Shown here in pieces: positions 1-8,243 of a stretch of DNA of 14,209 bases. Made by a program: the position numbers and the translations under genes. Below the pieces are notes generated by a model. It had not been told where the DNA came from. It searched no databases and worked only from the letters and a program-made list of their open reading frames with translations. Within the stretch, counting starts at the first letter, position 1, and the number at the start of each line of letters is the position of its first letter. This DNA comes from Promethearchaeota archaeon (lineage in GTDB: Archaea > Asgardarchaeota > Lokiarchaeia > Sigyniarchaeales > SOKP01), in contig JAFGOA010000161.1 of assembly GCA_016926735.1 (NCBI GenBank), forward strand, positions 1 through 14,209, read 5' to 3'.

Positions 1-1080
1 GAAATGTGGAAAGATTTCACAAATGATGATACCAAATTTTTAAACTATTCTGAGGGATGGTATGGAACAGACGAACCTTATCAAGTAGCAATATCTTCAA
101 TCGTAAGTGTTGCTTTTAATCATGAATATGGTACTCCATTAAATGAATCTTGGTTTAGAGACGCTATAGGATATATGATTAATTATGATCCAATTCCAGA
201 CGCAGCCGCAAGTGGATATACAAGAAGAGCTTGTGCAACCTTCATAGATAATGTATCTTCCACACAAATGATATACTATAATGAAACCTTAGATGCCGCA
301 TATAGAAGAAGTTATAACCCATCACAAGCAGCTGCAATTTTAACTGCTCATGGATGTACAGGAACTGTTGGAGGTACCTGGACTCTTCCAGATGGTGTTA
401 CTACAATTGGTCCTTTTACAATGATCTGCCCTGCTGGTTGGGGTGATGTAAGAGTCTTTAGTGAATATGTTTGTGATGATATTTCCGATTTTGGAATTGA
501 AGTTACTTTCGATGGTATTGATGTAGATACTATAGGATGGGCCGCTTGGACCGCTCTATGGACTACCCGCTCTTATACTCTTGGTATGTCTTGTGGTACC
601 CCTAAAGTCGTTGAAACTCCTGAAGTATTCTTTAATGGATGGAGAGCATTCAAAGATTGGAATAATAACATCACTGGATGGAATACTGCAAAAGCATGGG
701 AATATGATGCTTTATACAAACAATTAGAAACTGAAAATGATCCAGTCAGATATCAATATCTATTAGACGAAATTCAAAGAATCTTCTGTGAAGAAACTCC
801 AGAACTTCCATGTTTCATTAATGGGTATTGGTATACCACCAGTTCATATTATTGGGATGGATGGTGTAATGCAAATAATGAATATCAACAAATCGTTACT
901 GAATGGACAAATGATGCGATTCCAATGAAAACAAGATTAATTTTGAACTTGGTTTCTACGGGACGAGACCCACCTCCTTCTGAAGGAATTCCATGGACTG
1001 GTTTAGAACTCTTTATGATTCTAGGACTTGTATCCACAATTGTTCTTGCTGGATATAAAATCTATAGAAAAAAACGATAA
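1..1080 (+). CDS. ABC transporter substrate-binding protein, family 5 (OppA/DppA-like, oligosaccharide-binding-like), 5'-truncated, with C-terminal membrane anchor
   Basis: The frame is open from base 1 (gaa atg tgg), so the true start lies upstream of the window. Family-5 SBP C-terminal features: WFRDAIGYMINY, YNPSQAAAIL, MICPAGWGD, LDEIQRIFCEETPELPCF, YWYTTSSYYWDGW. Ends in Pro linker + hydrophobic helix + RKKR. Followed by permease and ATPase genes. Confidence 0.88.
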   Translation, partial: EMWKDFTNDDTKFLNYSEGWYGTDEPYQVAISSIVSVAFNHEYGTPLNESWFRDAIGYMINYDPIPDAAASGYTRRACATFIDNVSSTQMIYYNETLDAAYRRSYNPSQAAAILTAHGCTGTVGGTWTLPDGVTTIGPFTMICPAGWGDVRVFSEYVCDDISDFGIEVTFDGIDVDTIGWAAWTALWTTRSYTLGMSCGTPKVVETPEVFFNGWRAFKDWNNNITGWNTAKAWEYDALYKQLETENDPVRYQYLLDEIQRIFCEETPELPCFINGYWYTTSSYYWDGWCNANNEYQQIVTEWTNDAIPMKTRLILNLVSTGRDPPPSEGIPWTGLELFMILGLVSTIVLAGYKIYRKKR

Positions 1081-1094
1081 AGAAATAAATTATA

Positions 1095-1107
1095 TTTTTT
1101 TTTTTTT
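1095..1107 (+). terminator. Oligo-T (T13) putative archaeal-type terminator after the SBP gene
   Basis: Run of 13 T starting 15 bp after the TAA stop at 1078-1080; oligo-T tracts are established archaeal termination signals. Confidence 0.55.
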
Positions 1108-1375
1108 ATATTTTAAATTTTTAAATATAATCATTAGTTTTTATTATTTTATTTTTATCATACATGAATATTGTAATAAATAAATCTTCCATACACAAAT
1201 AAAAATACTCTAAAAGAAAAAAAATAATCATAAATAACATCTTTTAGTGTAAATCATAGTTAAAGGTTGTCCCATAAATAATTTCCTTTTTTTATTCCAA
1301 ATGTATCAACCTTATTTTTATTAAAAATCATGAGACTCATTCAACATTTTTATTAAGAATTATTCAAATAATAAT

Positions 1376-1767
1376 ATAAAAGCATATGAAGTCTTAAATC
1401 TGGTAAGTGTTTAACGACCAACCCTAACCACGTATGTAAATCAGGGAGTCATTGATGTTGCTAAGCTCCCTAATGGAAAATAAAACTATAGTGAAAAAAC
1501 TGTATATAAGTTAATGAATAAAGATATACCACAAAAAAATATGTTATATAAAGAGTCTCAACAAAAAAACAAACTAAGGATTATTAAACCAAATTCAATT
1601 ATTAAAGAACTATTGTTATCAAAATGGAATTATAATTAAAGGAATTTATGTTAATAAATATTGTATCTGGAATGACATTAGACCGAAAAAACCTTCTTTT
1701 ATTAATCAAAGAAATAATCAATTATAAAATTAATATCATAATTATTTCTCATAAAGATAGATTAATT
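1376..1767 (+). pseudogene. tnpA: Degenerate IS607-family transposase TnpA (N-terminal HTH + serine recombinase catalytic domain)
   Basis: Manual translation across frameshifts: (I)KAYEVLNLVSV*RPTLTTYVNQGVIDVAKLPNGK*NYSEKTVYKLMNKDIPQKNMLY / RVSTKKQTKD / LLNQIQLLKNYCYQNGIIIKGIYVN / IVSGMTLDRKNLLLLIKEIINYKINIIIISHKDRL. It contains the resolvase motifs YxRVS (Ser codon 1558-1560), IxSG and HKDRL (1750-1764), preceded by a ~50-aa HTH, which is the IS607 TnpA domain order. Lesions: ATA in place of ATG at 1376, stops at 1412 and 1481, frameshifts near 1550, 1581 and 1659. Confidence 0.85.
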
Positions 1768-2093
1768 TTACAGATATATATAATACTATTTTCATTTTCC
1801 TTTAGTACCCTATCATAGAAATGATGAAATAACCAATCATTTTTGTCGATCGTGATTAAGTACTGATAATTAGTTAAAAAATACAGATTTGTTATGAATT
1901 TTTTATTAAGTTCAACTATGATTTACCCATAACGTCATATAGAACTTTTTGGATATAAAAGATGATAAGTGTTAATCATGCTTATTCTAAAGAAATTCAA
2001 TTTAAAAAAGATAAAATTTTATTGAATAATAATATTAAAAACAAATGCAATTTTATATTAATTACAAAAATTTATCAAAAAAAATGGTAAAAA

Positions 2094-3194
2094 ATGAAGT
2101 CAATTGAAACAAATATTCTTGAAGAAGAGGATAGTCAAACAAAAACTTCTTTAATTAAACAAAGGACTACTACTCAGAAATTTATTTCCAATTCTTTCTT
2201 ACGCCTAGTTGTTACTAAACTAATCTTTTATTTCATTATTTTCTTTATTGCTATTTCATTAGCATTTCTTATACCAAGACTTGTTCCAGGAAATCCTTTA
2301 GATTATATAAATCAACTCGGAAGTACTGGACTTCCTCCATCATATCAAGAGCAAATAAGAACGTATATGGAGCAGCTTTTTGGTTTAGACCAACCTATAT
2401 GGGTGCAATATTGGAGATTTTTAGAAGCATTCTTTTTACACGGTGATTTTGGTTTATCTATAGATCTAGATACTCCTGGACAACCAGTTATGGATCTTAT
2501 TCTTCCAACACTTCCCTATACTCTTATGGTAGCAATTCCTACACTTATTATAACCTTTTTTTTAGGAAATTTGATTGGTGCTTGGGTAGGATATAATGAG
2601 ACAAAACCAAGAAAAGTCATTTATTATATAGTTCTTACTATGGGAGCAGCGCCTTTTTACTGGTTTGCATATGTTTTAGCGACTATTTTTATTACACAAT
2701 TGCAATTATTTCCACCACTTTCTACTTCAGTACCAAATTTTGCTTGGGATTGGGCCGTTCTAGAACAAATATTTTCTCATTTTTGGTTACCCCTTATTTT
2801 GTTGATAATGGTAAATACAGGAGGATGGAGTACTGGAGCACGATCTATGATGATTTACGAAAGAGGTTCAGGTTATATTTTATATAGTCAAAAACTTGGA
2901 TTCAAAGAATCAAAATTACGAAAATATGCATATCGTAATAGTTTATTACCACAATTTACAGGATTAAATATGAATTTCAATAATATTATTGGACAAACAT
3001 TAATTCTTGAAGTGGTTTTAAATTGGCCAGGATTAGGGAAAGTAATGATAGATGCCTTTTCAATAAATGATTATGCAATGATCATTGGAACGTTTGTCAT
3101 CGTTATATTCATTATAGTGATAGGTAATTTTTTAATTGATATAAGTTATGGATTACTTGATCCAAGAATAAGAATTGGAGGACAAGAGGGATAA
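2094..3194 (+). CDS. oppB: ABC transporter permease, OppB/DppB family
   Basis: 366 aa; LIPRLVPGNP N-terminal motif, FGLDQPIWVQYWRFL...GDFGLS, EAA-loop equivalent YSQKLGFKESKLRKYAYRNSLLP, LEVVLNWPGLG, DISYGLLDPRIR. Confidence 0.93.
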   Translation: MKSIETNILEEEDSQTKTSLIKQRTTTQKFISNSFLRLVVTKLIFYFIIFFIAISLAFLIPRLVPGNPLDYINQLGSTGLPPSYQEQIRTYMEQLFGLDQPIWVQYWRFLEAFFLHGDFGLSIDLDTPGQPVMDLILPTLPYTLMVAIPTLIITFFLGNLIGAWVGYNETKPRKVIYYIVLTMGAAPFYWFAYVLATIFITQLQLFPPLSTSVPNFAWDWAVLEQIFSHFWLPLILLIMVNTGGWSTGARSMMIYERGSGYILYSQKLGFKESKLRKYAYRNSLLPQFTGLNMNFNNIIGQTLILEVVLNWPGLGKVMIDAFSINDYAMIIGTFVIVIFIIVIGNFLIDISYGLLDPRIRIGGQEG

Positions 3195-3196
3195 AA

Positions 3197-4132
3197 ATGA
3201 CGTTTGAAAAAAAAATATTGTTAGAAAAACCAGAAGAGCAAGAACGATCGTCAGTTTCAATAATGTTAAGGAAGGTATTTCAGGCAATAAAACTACGATA
3301 TAAAACGCAATTTACACTAATAATGGGCTTAGTTGTATTAGTTATTATTCTTGAAATATTAACAAAAATACCTCGTTTAAGTGACCCATTTTATTCATAT
3401 AAAATTGGTGCAAGCTATGCTTCAAATCTCCCTCCAAGTTGGGATTTTTGGCTTGGTACAGATACAGGTTCTCATGATATTTTTGTAATGATTTTGCATG
3501 GAACAAGGAATTCCATCTATTTTGGAATTGGATGCGCATTGTTATCTACAACTTTAGCGATTCTTTTGGGGGTATTTGGTCCTTTTGTAGGAGGAAAGGC
3601 AGATACACTATCTTCTTTTATTACAAATATATTTATGGTCTTCCCGCAATTACCTTTTATCTTTTTTATTGCCTCACTTATGAAAACTCGATCATGGGTA
3701 ACTGTAATGATTATTATTGGATCATTTAGTTGGCCTTGGGCCGCACGCTCAATCAGATCACAAGTTCTTACATTAAGAGAAAGAAATTTTATAAAAGTCT
3801 CAAAAATGTCTGCATTGGGAAATATGAGAATTGCATTTTCAGAAGTTGTACCTAATGTACTTACATACATACTTTTAGTATTCTGTATAAGTTTTGGAAT
3901 TGGGATTATTACTGAAGCAGGAATTTCAATGCTTGGTCTGGGAGATCAAGGGCAAAATTTCATAACGCTGGGATTTGTTATGTGGTATCATGAGCCTTAT
4001 AATATGAGTCCACATTATTATAATATATGGATATCTCCTGGGATTGTATTAGTATTAATATATTTGGTATTTTTCGTAATTCAATCAAGTTTTATTAATA
4101 CATTTAATCCTAGAACGCGAGAAAATAAATAA
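3197..4132 (+). CDS. oppC: ABC transporter permease, OppC/DppC family
   Basis: 311 aa; PPSWDFWLGTDTGSHDIF...GTRNS, SWPWAARSIRSQVLTLRERNFI, EAGISMLGLG, FNPR; starts 2 bp after the upstream permease stop. Confidence 0.93.
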   Translation: MTFEKKILLEKPEEQERSSVSIMLRKVFQAIKLRYKTQFTLIMGLVVLVIILEILTKIPRLSDPFYSYKIGASYASNLPPSWDFWLGTDTGSHDIFVMILHGTRNSIYFGIGCALLSTTLAILLGVFGPFVGGKADTLSSFITNIFMVFPQLPFIFFIASLMKTRSWVTVMIIIGSFSWPWAARSIRSQVLTLRERNFIKVSKMSALGNMRIAFSEVVPNVLTYILLVFCISFGIGIITEAGISMLGLGDQGQNFITLGFVMWYHEPYNMSPHYYNIWISPGIVLVLIYLVFFVIQSSFINTFNPRTRENK

Positions 4133-4149
4133 TAAAAGTGAAGAAAAAA

Positions 4150-5262
4150 ATGGCAGAATTAGTTTTAAAAGTTGAAGACATAAAGGGATATTATAAAGGA
4201 TCATTTGGTACGGTTCATGCTGTTGATGGCGTAACCTTTGATATTTATAAAGGAGATATATTAGCAATAGCAGGCGAATCTGGTTGTGGAAAGTCTTCTT
4301 TAGCGGAGCTTTTAACAGGATCTCCAATGCCTATGTTACATTACGAATCAGGACAAGTAACTGTAAATGAAATTCCTATATATATTCCAAAACCAGAAGA
4401 TAAAAGCAAATTAGGTAAATGGCGAAAGGAACAAGAAAAGTTAAGCAATCAAACAAGAAAAGATGTTCTCTGTAAAATTATAGGATATGTCCCCCAATCC
4501 TCACAGGACTCCTTAAATCCTGTAAAAAAAATCAGAAAATTTATTCTAGATGTAATGAAACAACGTGTAGGTACAAAACCGAAAAAACAAATCAAAAGAA
4601 GTAAAGAAGATATAAAATATGATACATTAGACGGTCAAAAGGTTAGAATTAATTTTAAAGAAGAAGTACTTACTCGTGTAAGAGAACATCTTGAAAAATT
4701 AGGTCTAAGTGGTGATGTACTTGGAAGATATCCTCATGAATTAAGTGGAGGAATGAAACAACGTATAGTCATAGGAATCTCTACATTATGGAATCCATTA
4801 ATACTTATAGCAGATGAACCTACGAGTGCTTTAGATGTTACTACTCAAAAGATACTTATAGAAACTTTTATGCATCTAAGAGAAATGGGTATTGTTGAAA
4901 CTATCGTTTATATTTCCCATGATATCCCAACTCTAGCACAAATTTGTAATAAATGTATAGTTATGTATGCGGGTAAATTAGTTGAGTTTAATTCAATGGA
5001 TAATATCATTCACTCTCCACTTCATCCTTATAGTCAAGGTTTGATTCATTCTATTGCTTCCTTTAATCCAGATGGATCTGCTGAAACAGATCTAAATTCA
5101 ATACCTGGAAGGCCACCAAACCTTAGAGATCCTCCAGAAGGATGTAGATTCTATGATCGATGTAACCAACGAATGGATATTTGTAAAGAAGAATATCCTC
5201 CTTTCTTTTCTCCTAATGGTAATGATAGTTCAAGAGTTGCTTGTTGGCTCTATAAAAAATAG
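4150..5262 (+). CDS. oppD: ABC transporter ATP-binding protein, OppD/DppD family, with C-terminal Cys-rich domain
   Basis: Walker A GESGCGKS, Q-loop YVPQ, signature YPHELSGGMKQR, Walker B ILIADEPT, H-loop ISHD, and C-terminal HPY...IPGRPP...GCRFYDRC...C...VACW. ATG at 4150 is preferred; an in-frame GTG at 4138 is the alternative. Confidence 0.94.
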   Translation: MAELVLKVEDIKGYYKGSFGTVHAVDGVTFDIYKGDILAIAGESGCGKSSLAELLTGSPMPMLHYESGQVTVNEIPIYIPKPEDKSKLGKWRKEQEKLSNQTRKDVLCKIIGYVPQSSQDSLNPVKKIRKFILDVMKQRVGTKPKKQIKRSKEDIKYDTLDGQKVRINFKEEVLTRVREHLEKLGLSGDVLGRYPHELSGGMKQRIVIGISTLWNPLILIADEPTSALDVTTQKILIETFMHLREMGIVETIVYISHDIPTLAQICNKCIVMYAGKLVEFNSMDNIIHSPLHPYSQGLIHSIASFNPDGSAETDLNSIPGRPPNLRDPPEGCRFYDRCNQRMDICKEEYPPFFSPNGNDSSRVACWLYKK

Positions 5263-5266
5263 GTGA
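5261..5266 (+). promoter_or_regulatory. Archaeal-type Shine-Dalgarno (AGGTGA) overlapping the oppD stop codon
   Basis: tAGGTGAtatagATG: AGGTGA at 5261-5266 ends 5 nt before the ATG at 5272 and overlaps the TAG at 5260-5262, suggesting translational coupling. Confidence 0.7.
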
Positions 5267-5271
5267 TATAG

Positions 5272-6060
5272 ATGGTAGAAGAAATAATTAGAATTGAAAA
5301 TTTAACTAAAAGATATATCTCAGGAATTATTAAACAGAAAGAAACTTATGGAGCATTGGATGTATCTTTTGATATTAAAAGAGGAGAAATCCTTTCTTTA
5401 GTTGGTGAAAGTGGCAGTGGTAAATCTACGGTAGCAAATATGATCTTAAGATTATTAAAACCTACAATGGGAAATATTATACTTTTAGGAAAAAATATCA
5501 AAGAATACAAAATAAAGAAATATTATGAAAATGTTCAAGGAATATTTCAAGATCCATATAGTTCCTATAATTTCTTTTATAAAGTTGATCATGTATTAAA
5601 TCAAGCGATTAGTCATTCTCTTAGTTGGGTAGATATTGCTGAAAAAGAAAGAATCATATCTAATACACTTGAAATTGTAGGATTACGAGGAACTGAGACA
5701 TTGGGTCGATTTCCACATCAATTAAGTGGTGGTCAATTACAACGTATACTTCTTGCAAGATGTTTATTATTTAAACCAAGATTACTCATTGCGGATGAAC
5801 CGACTTCTATGGTTGACGCTTGTGCAAGGGCGGAAATTTTAAACCTTCTTAAGAAATTAAAAGATAAATCTGGGATCTCTGTACTTTTTATAACACATGA
5901 TATTGGACAAGCTCAATATATCTCTGACCGAGTAATTGTCATGAAAAAGGGTGAGATTGTTGAGAGAGGACCAACAAACGATGTATTTTTAAATCCTAAA
6001 AATGATTATACTCAAAACCTTTTAGCGAGTGTTCCAAGCATATATAGAAAATGGGCTTAA
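5272..6060 (+). CDS. oppF: ABC transporter ATP-binding protein, OppF/DppF family (short form lacking the Cys-rich tail)
   Basis: Walker A GESGSGKS, IFQDPYSS, FPHQLSGGQLQR, LLIADEPT, FITHD, NPKNDYTQNLLASVP. Confidence 0.94.
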   Translation: MVEEIIRIENLTKRYISGIIKQKETYGALDVSFDIKRGEILSLVGESGSGKSTVANMILRLLKPTMGNIILLGKNIKEYKIKKYYENVQGIFQDPYSSYNFFYKVDHVLNQAISHSLSWVDIAEKERIISNTLEIVGLRGTETLGRFPHQLSGGQLQRILLARCLLFKPRLLIADEPTSMVDACARAEILNLLKKLKDKSGISVLFITHDIGQAQYISDRVIVMKKGEIVERGPTNDVFLNPKNDYTQNLLASVPSIYRKWA

Positions 6061-6075
6061 AAGATATTTAAATTA

Positions 6076-6093
6076 TTTTTTTCTTTTTTTTTT
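6076..6093 (+). terminator. Oligo-T tract (T7-C-T10), putative terminator of the permease/ATPase operon
   Basis: tttttttctttttttttt starting 16 bp after the oppF stop, in a convergent intergenic gap. Confidence 0.55.
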
Positions 6094-6198
6094 GTTAATT
6101 TATTGTAAGAGAGCATTTTTTTATTAAAAAATATCATTAAAACACATATTATATAAAAAAGTTCTAAATATTTAACTAAAATCAAAAAATTATAATAT

Positions 6199-7290
6199 TT
6201 AATACTCTATTAACCAAAAATCCTTCAATAGATTTTTTAAATTGTTTTTTATTCTTATTATTTTTTGCTTATTATTGAAATTTGAGAAATCAATATCTTC
6301 AAATCGATGTGTATAGAATTTTTCATATAATAATGCTCTAATAACAGCATTTACACAGATAGGTAATGCGATTAGATTGTATCCACCTTCCAAAATAAAT
6401 GATAATTTACCTTCACATATTTGTTCTGAAAGTGCTAATAATTGTGTAGTGAACTGATAATAAGATTTACTTGTAAGAAGACAGTTCCCAATTTGGTCAG
6501 AAAAGTGCATATCAAACCCTATTGCGCATATAATTAGATCAGGATTAAAATTTATCAAAATCGGTGTCAATATATCCATAAATTCTAAAAAATCTTCATC
6601 AGTTGTATTTATAGGAAGAGGAAAATTAATATTTCTTCCTAATCCATTCCCTTCACCCAATTCTGTAATATATCCAAGATCTCCATCTAAAAAATCATAT
6701 TCATGAACAGAGAAGTAAAGAGTATTGGGATCATTATAAAAATATCGAGAGATACCATCTCCAAAATGATCGTCAATATCTATTATTGCAATTTTTTTAT
6801 AAAATTGTCTTTTTTCTCTTAAATATAGAATGCTATTAGCGATATTATTAAAAATACATAATCCAGACGCATTATCTTTAGAAGCATGATGTCCTGGAGG
6901 TCGGATTAATGCGAATGATTGATTAACTTTACCGTCAATAACACTTTCAATAGCTTCAATTGCACCCCCAACTGCTTTTTTTGCTAAAGCAAGCGAATCT
7001 TTATCAATAAAAACATCATCCCCTAAGATACCATGACCTGATTCTGAAAATCTTTTGATTAGATCAATATAATATTGCGAATGAGCTAATTTTAGAGTAG
7101 AATCATCAATAGATTTAGGAGATAACTTTATGATATTTTCATTGTTGAAAATTCCTAATTTATTCATATAATTCATTATTGAAATCATTCTTAATGGAGA
7201 TTCATATGAAAAAAATGTTGGTCGAGGATATGGAGGTTGGTGCTGTGATGAAAAATCATCATCTACTACAATACCAATTTTTTTTCCCAT
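6199..7290 (-). CDS. Zn-dependent histone deacetylase-family protein (HDAC/AcuC/AphA superfamily, class-II-like)
   Basis: 363 aa; RPPGHH (6886-6903), GLCIFNNIA, IIDIDDHFGDG (Zn ligands D and H), SVHE, GEGNGLGRNINFPLP, GFDMHFSD, LEGGY (catalytic Tyr). Confidence 0.93.
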   Translation of the reverse strand: MGKKIGIVVDDDFSSQHQPPYPRPTFFSYESPLRMISIMNYMNKLGIFNNENIIKLSPKSIDDSTLKLAHSQYYIDLIKRFSESGHGILGDDVFIDKDSLALAKKAVGGAIEAIESVIDGKVNQSFALIRPPGHHASKDNASGLCIFNNIANSILYLREKRQFYKKIAIIDIDDHFGDGISRYFYNDPNTLYFSVHEYDFLDGDLGYITELGEGNGLGRNINFPLPINTTDEDFLEFMDILTPILINFNPDLIICAIGFDMHFSDQIGNCLLTSKSYYQFTTQLLALSEQICEGKLSFILEGGYNLIALPICVNAVIRALLYEKFYTHRFEDIDFSNFNNKQKIIRIKNNLKNLLKDFWLIEY

Positions 7291-7355
7291 GATAACCTTT
7301 AATCTTAATAATTAAATAAGTATTTTTTAATTTATACATCTTAATTACGAATGAC

Positions 7356-8105
7356 ATGAAAAATAAAATCACAATTTATTATAATATTTTTTTTTCTATT
7401 GTTCTGGTAATTTTAATTTTACTGATAATTCATATTCAAATTCCTTTTTACGGATGGTTTTTTATAAATCTTGCTGGATTTATTGGATTAGTATTACCAT
7501 TTTATTTTTGGTCATTAGAACACAAGAAGTTTAAAGATAGATTTGGTAAAGAAAAAGGAAATCAAATTACACAAACCTTTGGGATAATATCAAGTATATG
7601 CTTTTTTTGCTTTTGGATTGGAATATGGATATCACCACAACCTATATTTATAATTCCTTTATTTCAAGAATTTTATTTCTTTATCCCTATTTTTAATATA
7701 AGAATATCTCTAATTCATTTTTGTCTTTCACTTCCATTATTAATTTTCGGTTCTTTGATTCCATTTAAAGCTCTAAAATCTATGTCTGCTGAAATTGCTG
7801 AAACTCATAGACCTGAAAAGATCATTGATTATGGAATTTATTCTTATATAAGACATCCTCAATATCTTGGAGGAATTTTAGCTCATATAGGAATATCCAT
7901 TCTTTTATCAGCATTCTATTCACTTATTTCATCACCAATTATCATATTCATTATTTATATCGAAATAAGAAAAGAAGAAAAAGAATTAACAATAGATTTT
8001 GGAGACGTATATAATAATTATAGGAAAAAAGTATCTATGTTTATACCTTTTAAGATAAGGAAAATTTCAGAGAATAAAAACCCTTATAAAGAAGAATTAA
8101 ATTGA
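7356..8105 (+). CDS. Isoprenylcysteine carboxyl methyltransferase / PEMT-family (STE14-like) integral membrane methyltransferase
   Basis: 249 aa, multiple hydrophobic helices; family motifs GIYSYIRHPQYLG and EEKEL..DFGDVYNNYRKKVSMFIP. Confidence 0.87.
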   Translation: MKNKITIYYNIFFSIVLVILILLIIHIQIPFYGWFFINLAGFIGLVLPFYFWSLEHKKFKDRFGKEKGNQITQTFGIISSICFFCFWIGIWISPQPIFIIPLFQEFYFFIPIFNIRISLIHFCLSLPLLIFGSLIPFKALKSMSAEIAETHRPEKIIDYGIYSYIRHPQYLGGILAHIGISILLSAFYSLISSPIIIFIIYIEIRKEEKELTIDFGDVYNNYRKKVSMFIPFKIRKISENKNPYKEELN

Positions 8106-8243
8106 ACTAATAACCTAATAAAATCATTTATAGAGGATTGACTTAAATTATTATATATTTATCAATTAAAATCTTCAAATTGAAAATATATCAAATAACA
8201 TAAAAAGAAATTATTTTTATTTTATCAGTATTTTTTAATTATT

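Noticed and set aside
1330-1340. ATGAG-A-CTCAT 5-1-5 palindrome upstream of the tnpA remnant
   Set aside because: Too short to distinguish from chance and does not extend.
1443-1471. AGGGAG…CTCCCT hairpin as a possible ncRNA or riboswitch
   Set aside because: Only a 6-bp stem, and it lies within the tnpA-derived coding remnant (QGV…KLP).
1848-1882. Possible tnpB C-terminal remnant (gat cgt gat = DRD, then a loose resemblance to xNAAxNLKN)
   Set aside because: It needs a frameshift and several substitutions, and no upstream CxxCG zinc-finger codons are visible. Too weak to call without a BLASTX/HMM hit.
3345-3870. ORFs 3345-3539 (-), 3517-3870 (-) and 3532-3729 (+)
   Set aside because: All lie within the well-supported OppC-like gene, antisense or out of frame, and show no recognisable motifs.
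4085-4327. 80-aa minus-strand ORF
   Set aside because: Antisense to the oppC/oppD junction; shadow ORF.
7291-7355. Specific TATA/BRE calls in the HDAC/ICMT divergent gap and other intergenic regions
   Set aside because: AT content is so high that TATA-like words occur everywhere; they cannot be assigned without transcription start data.
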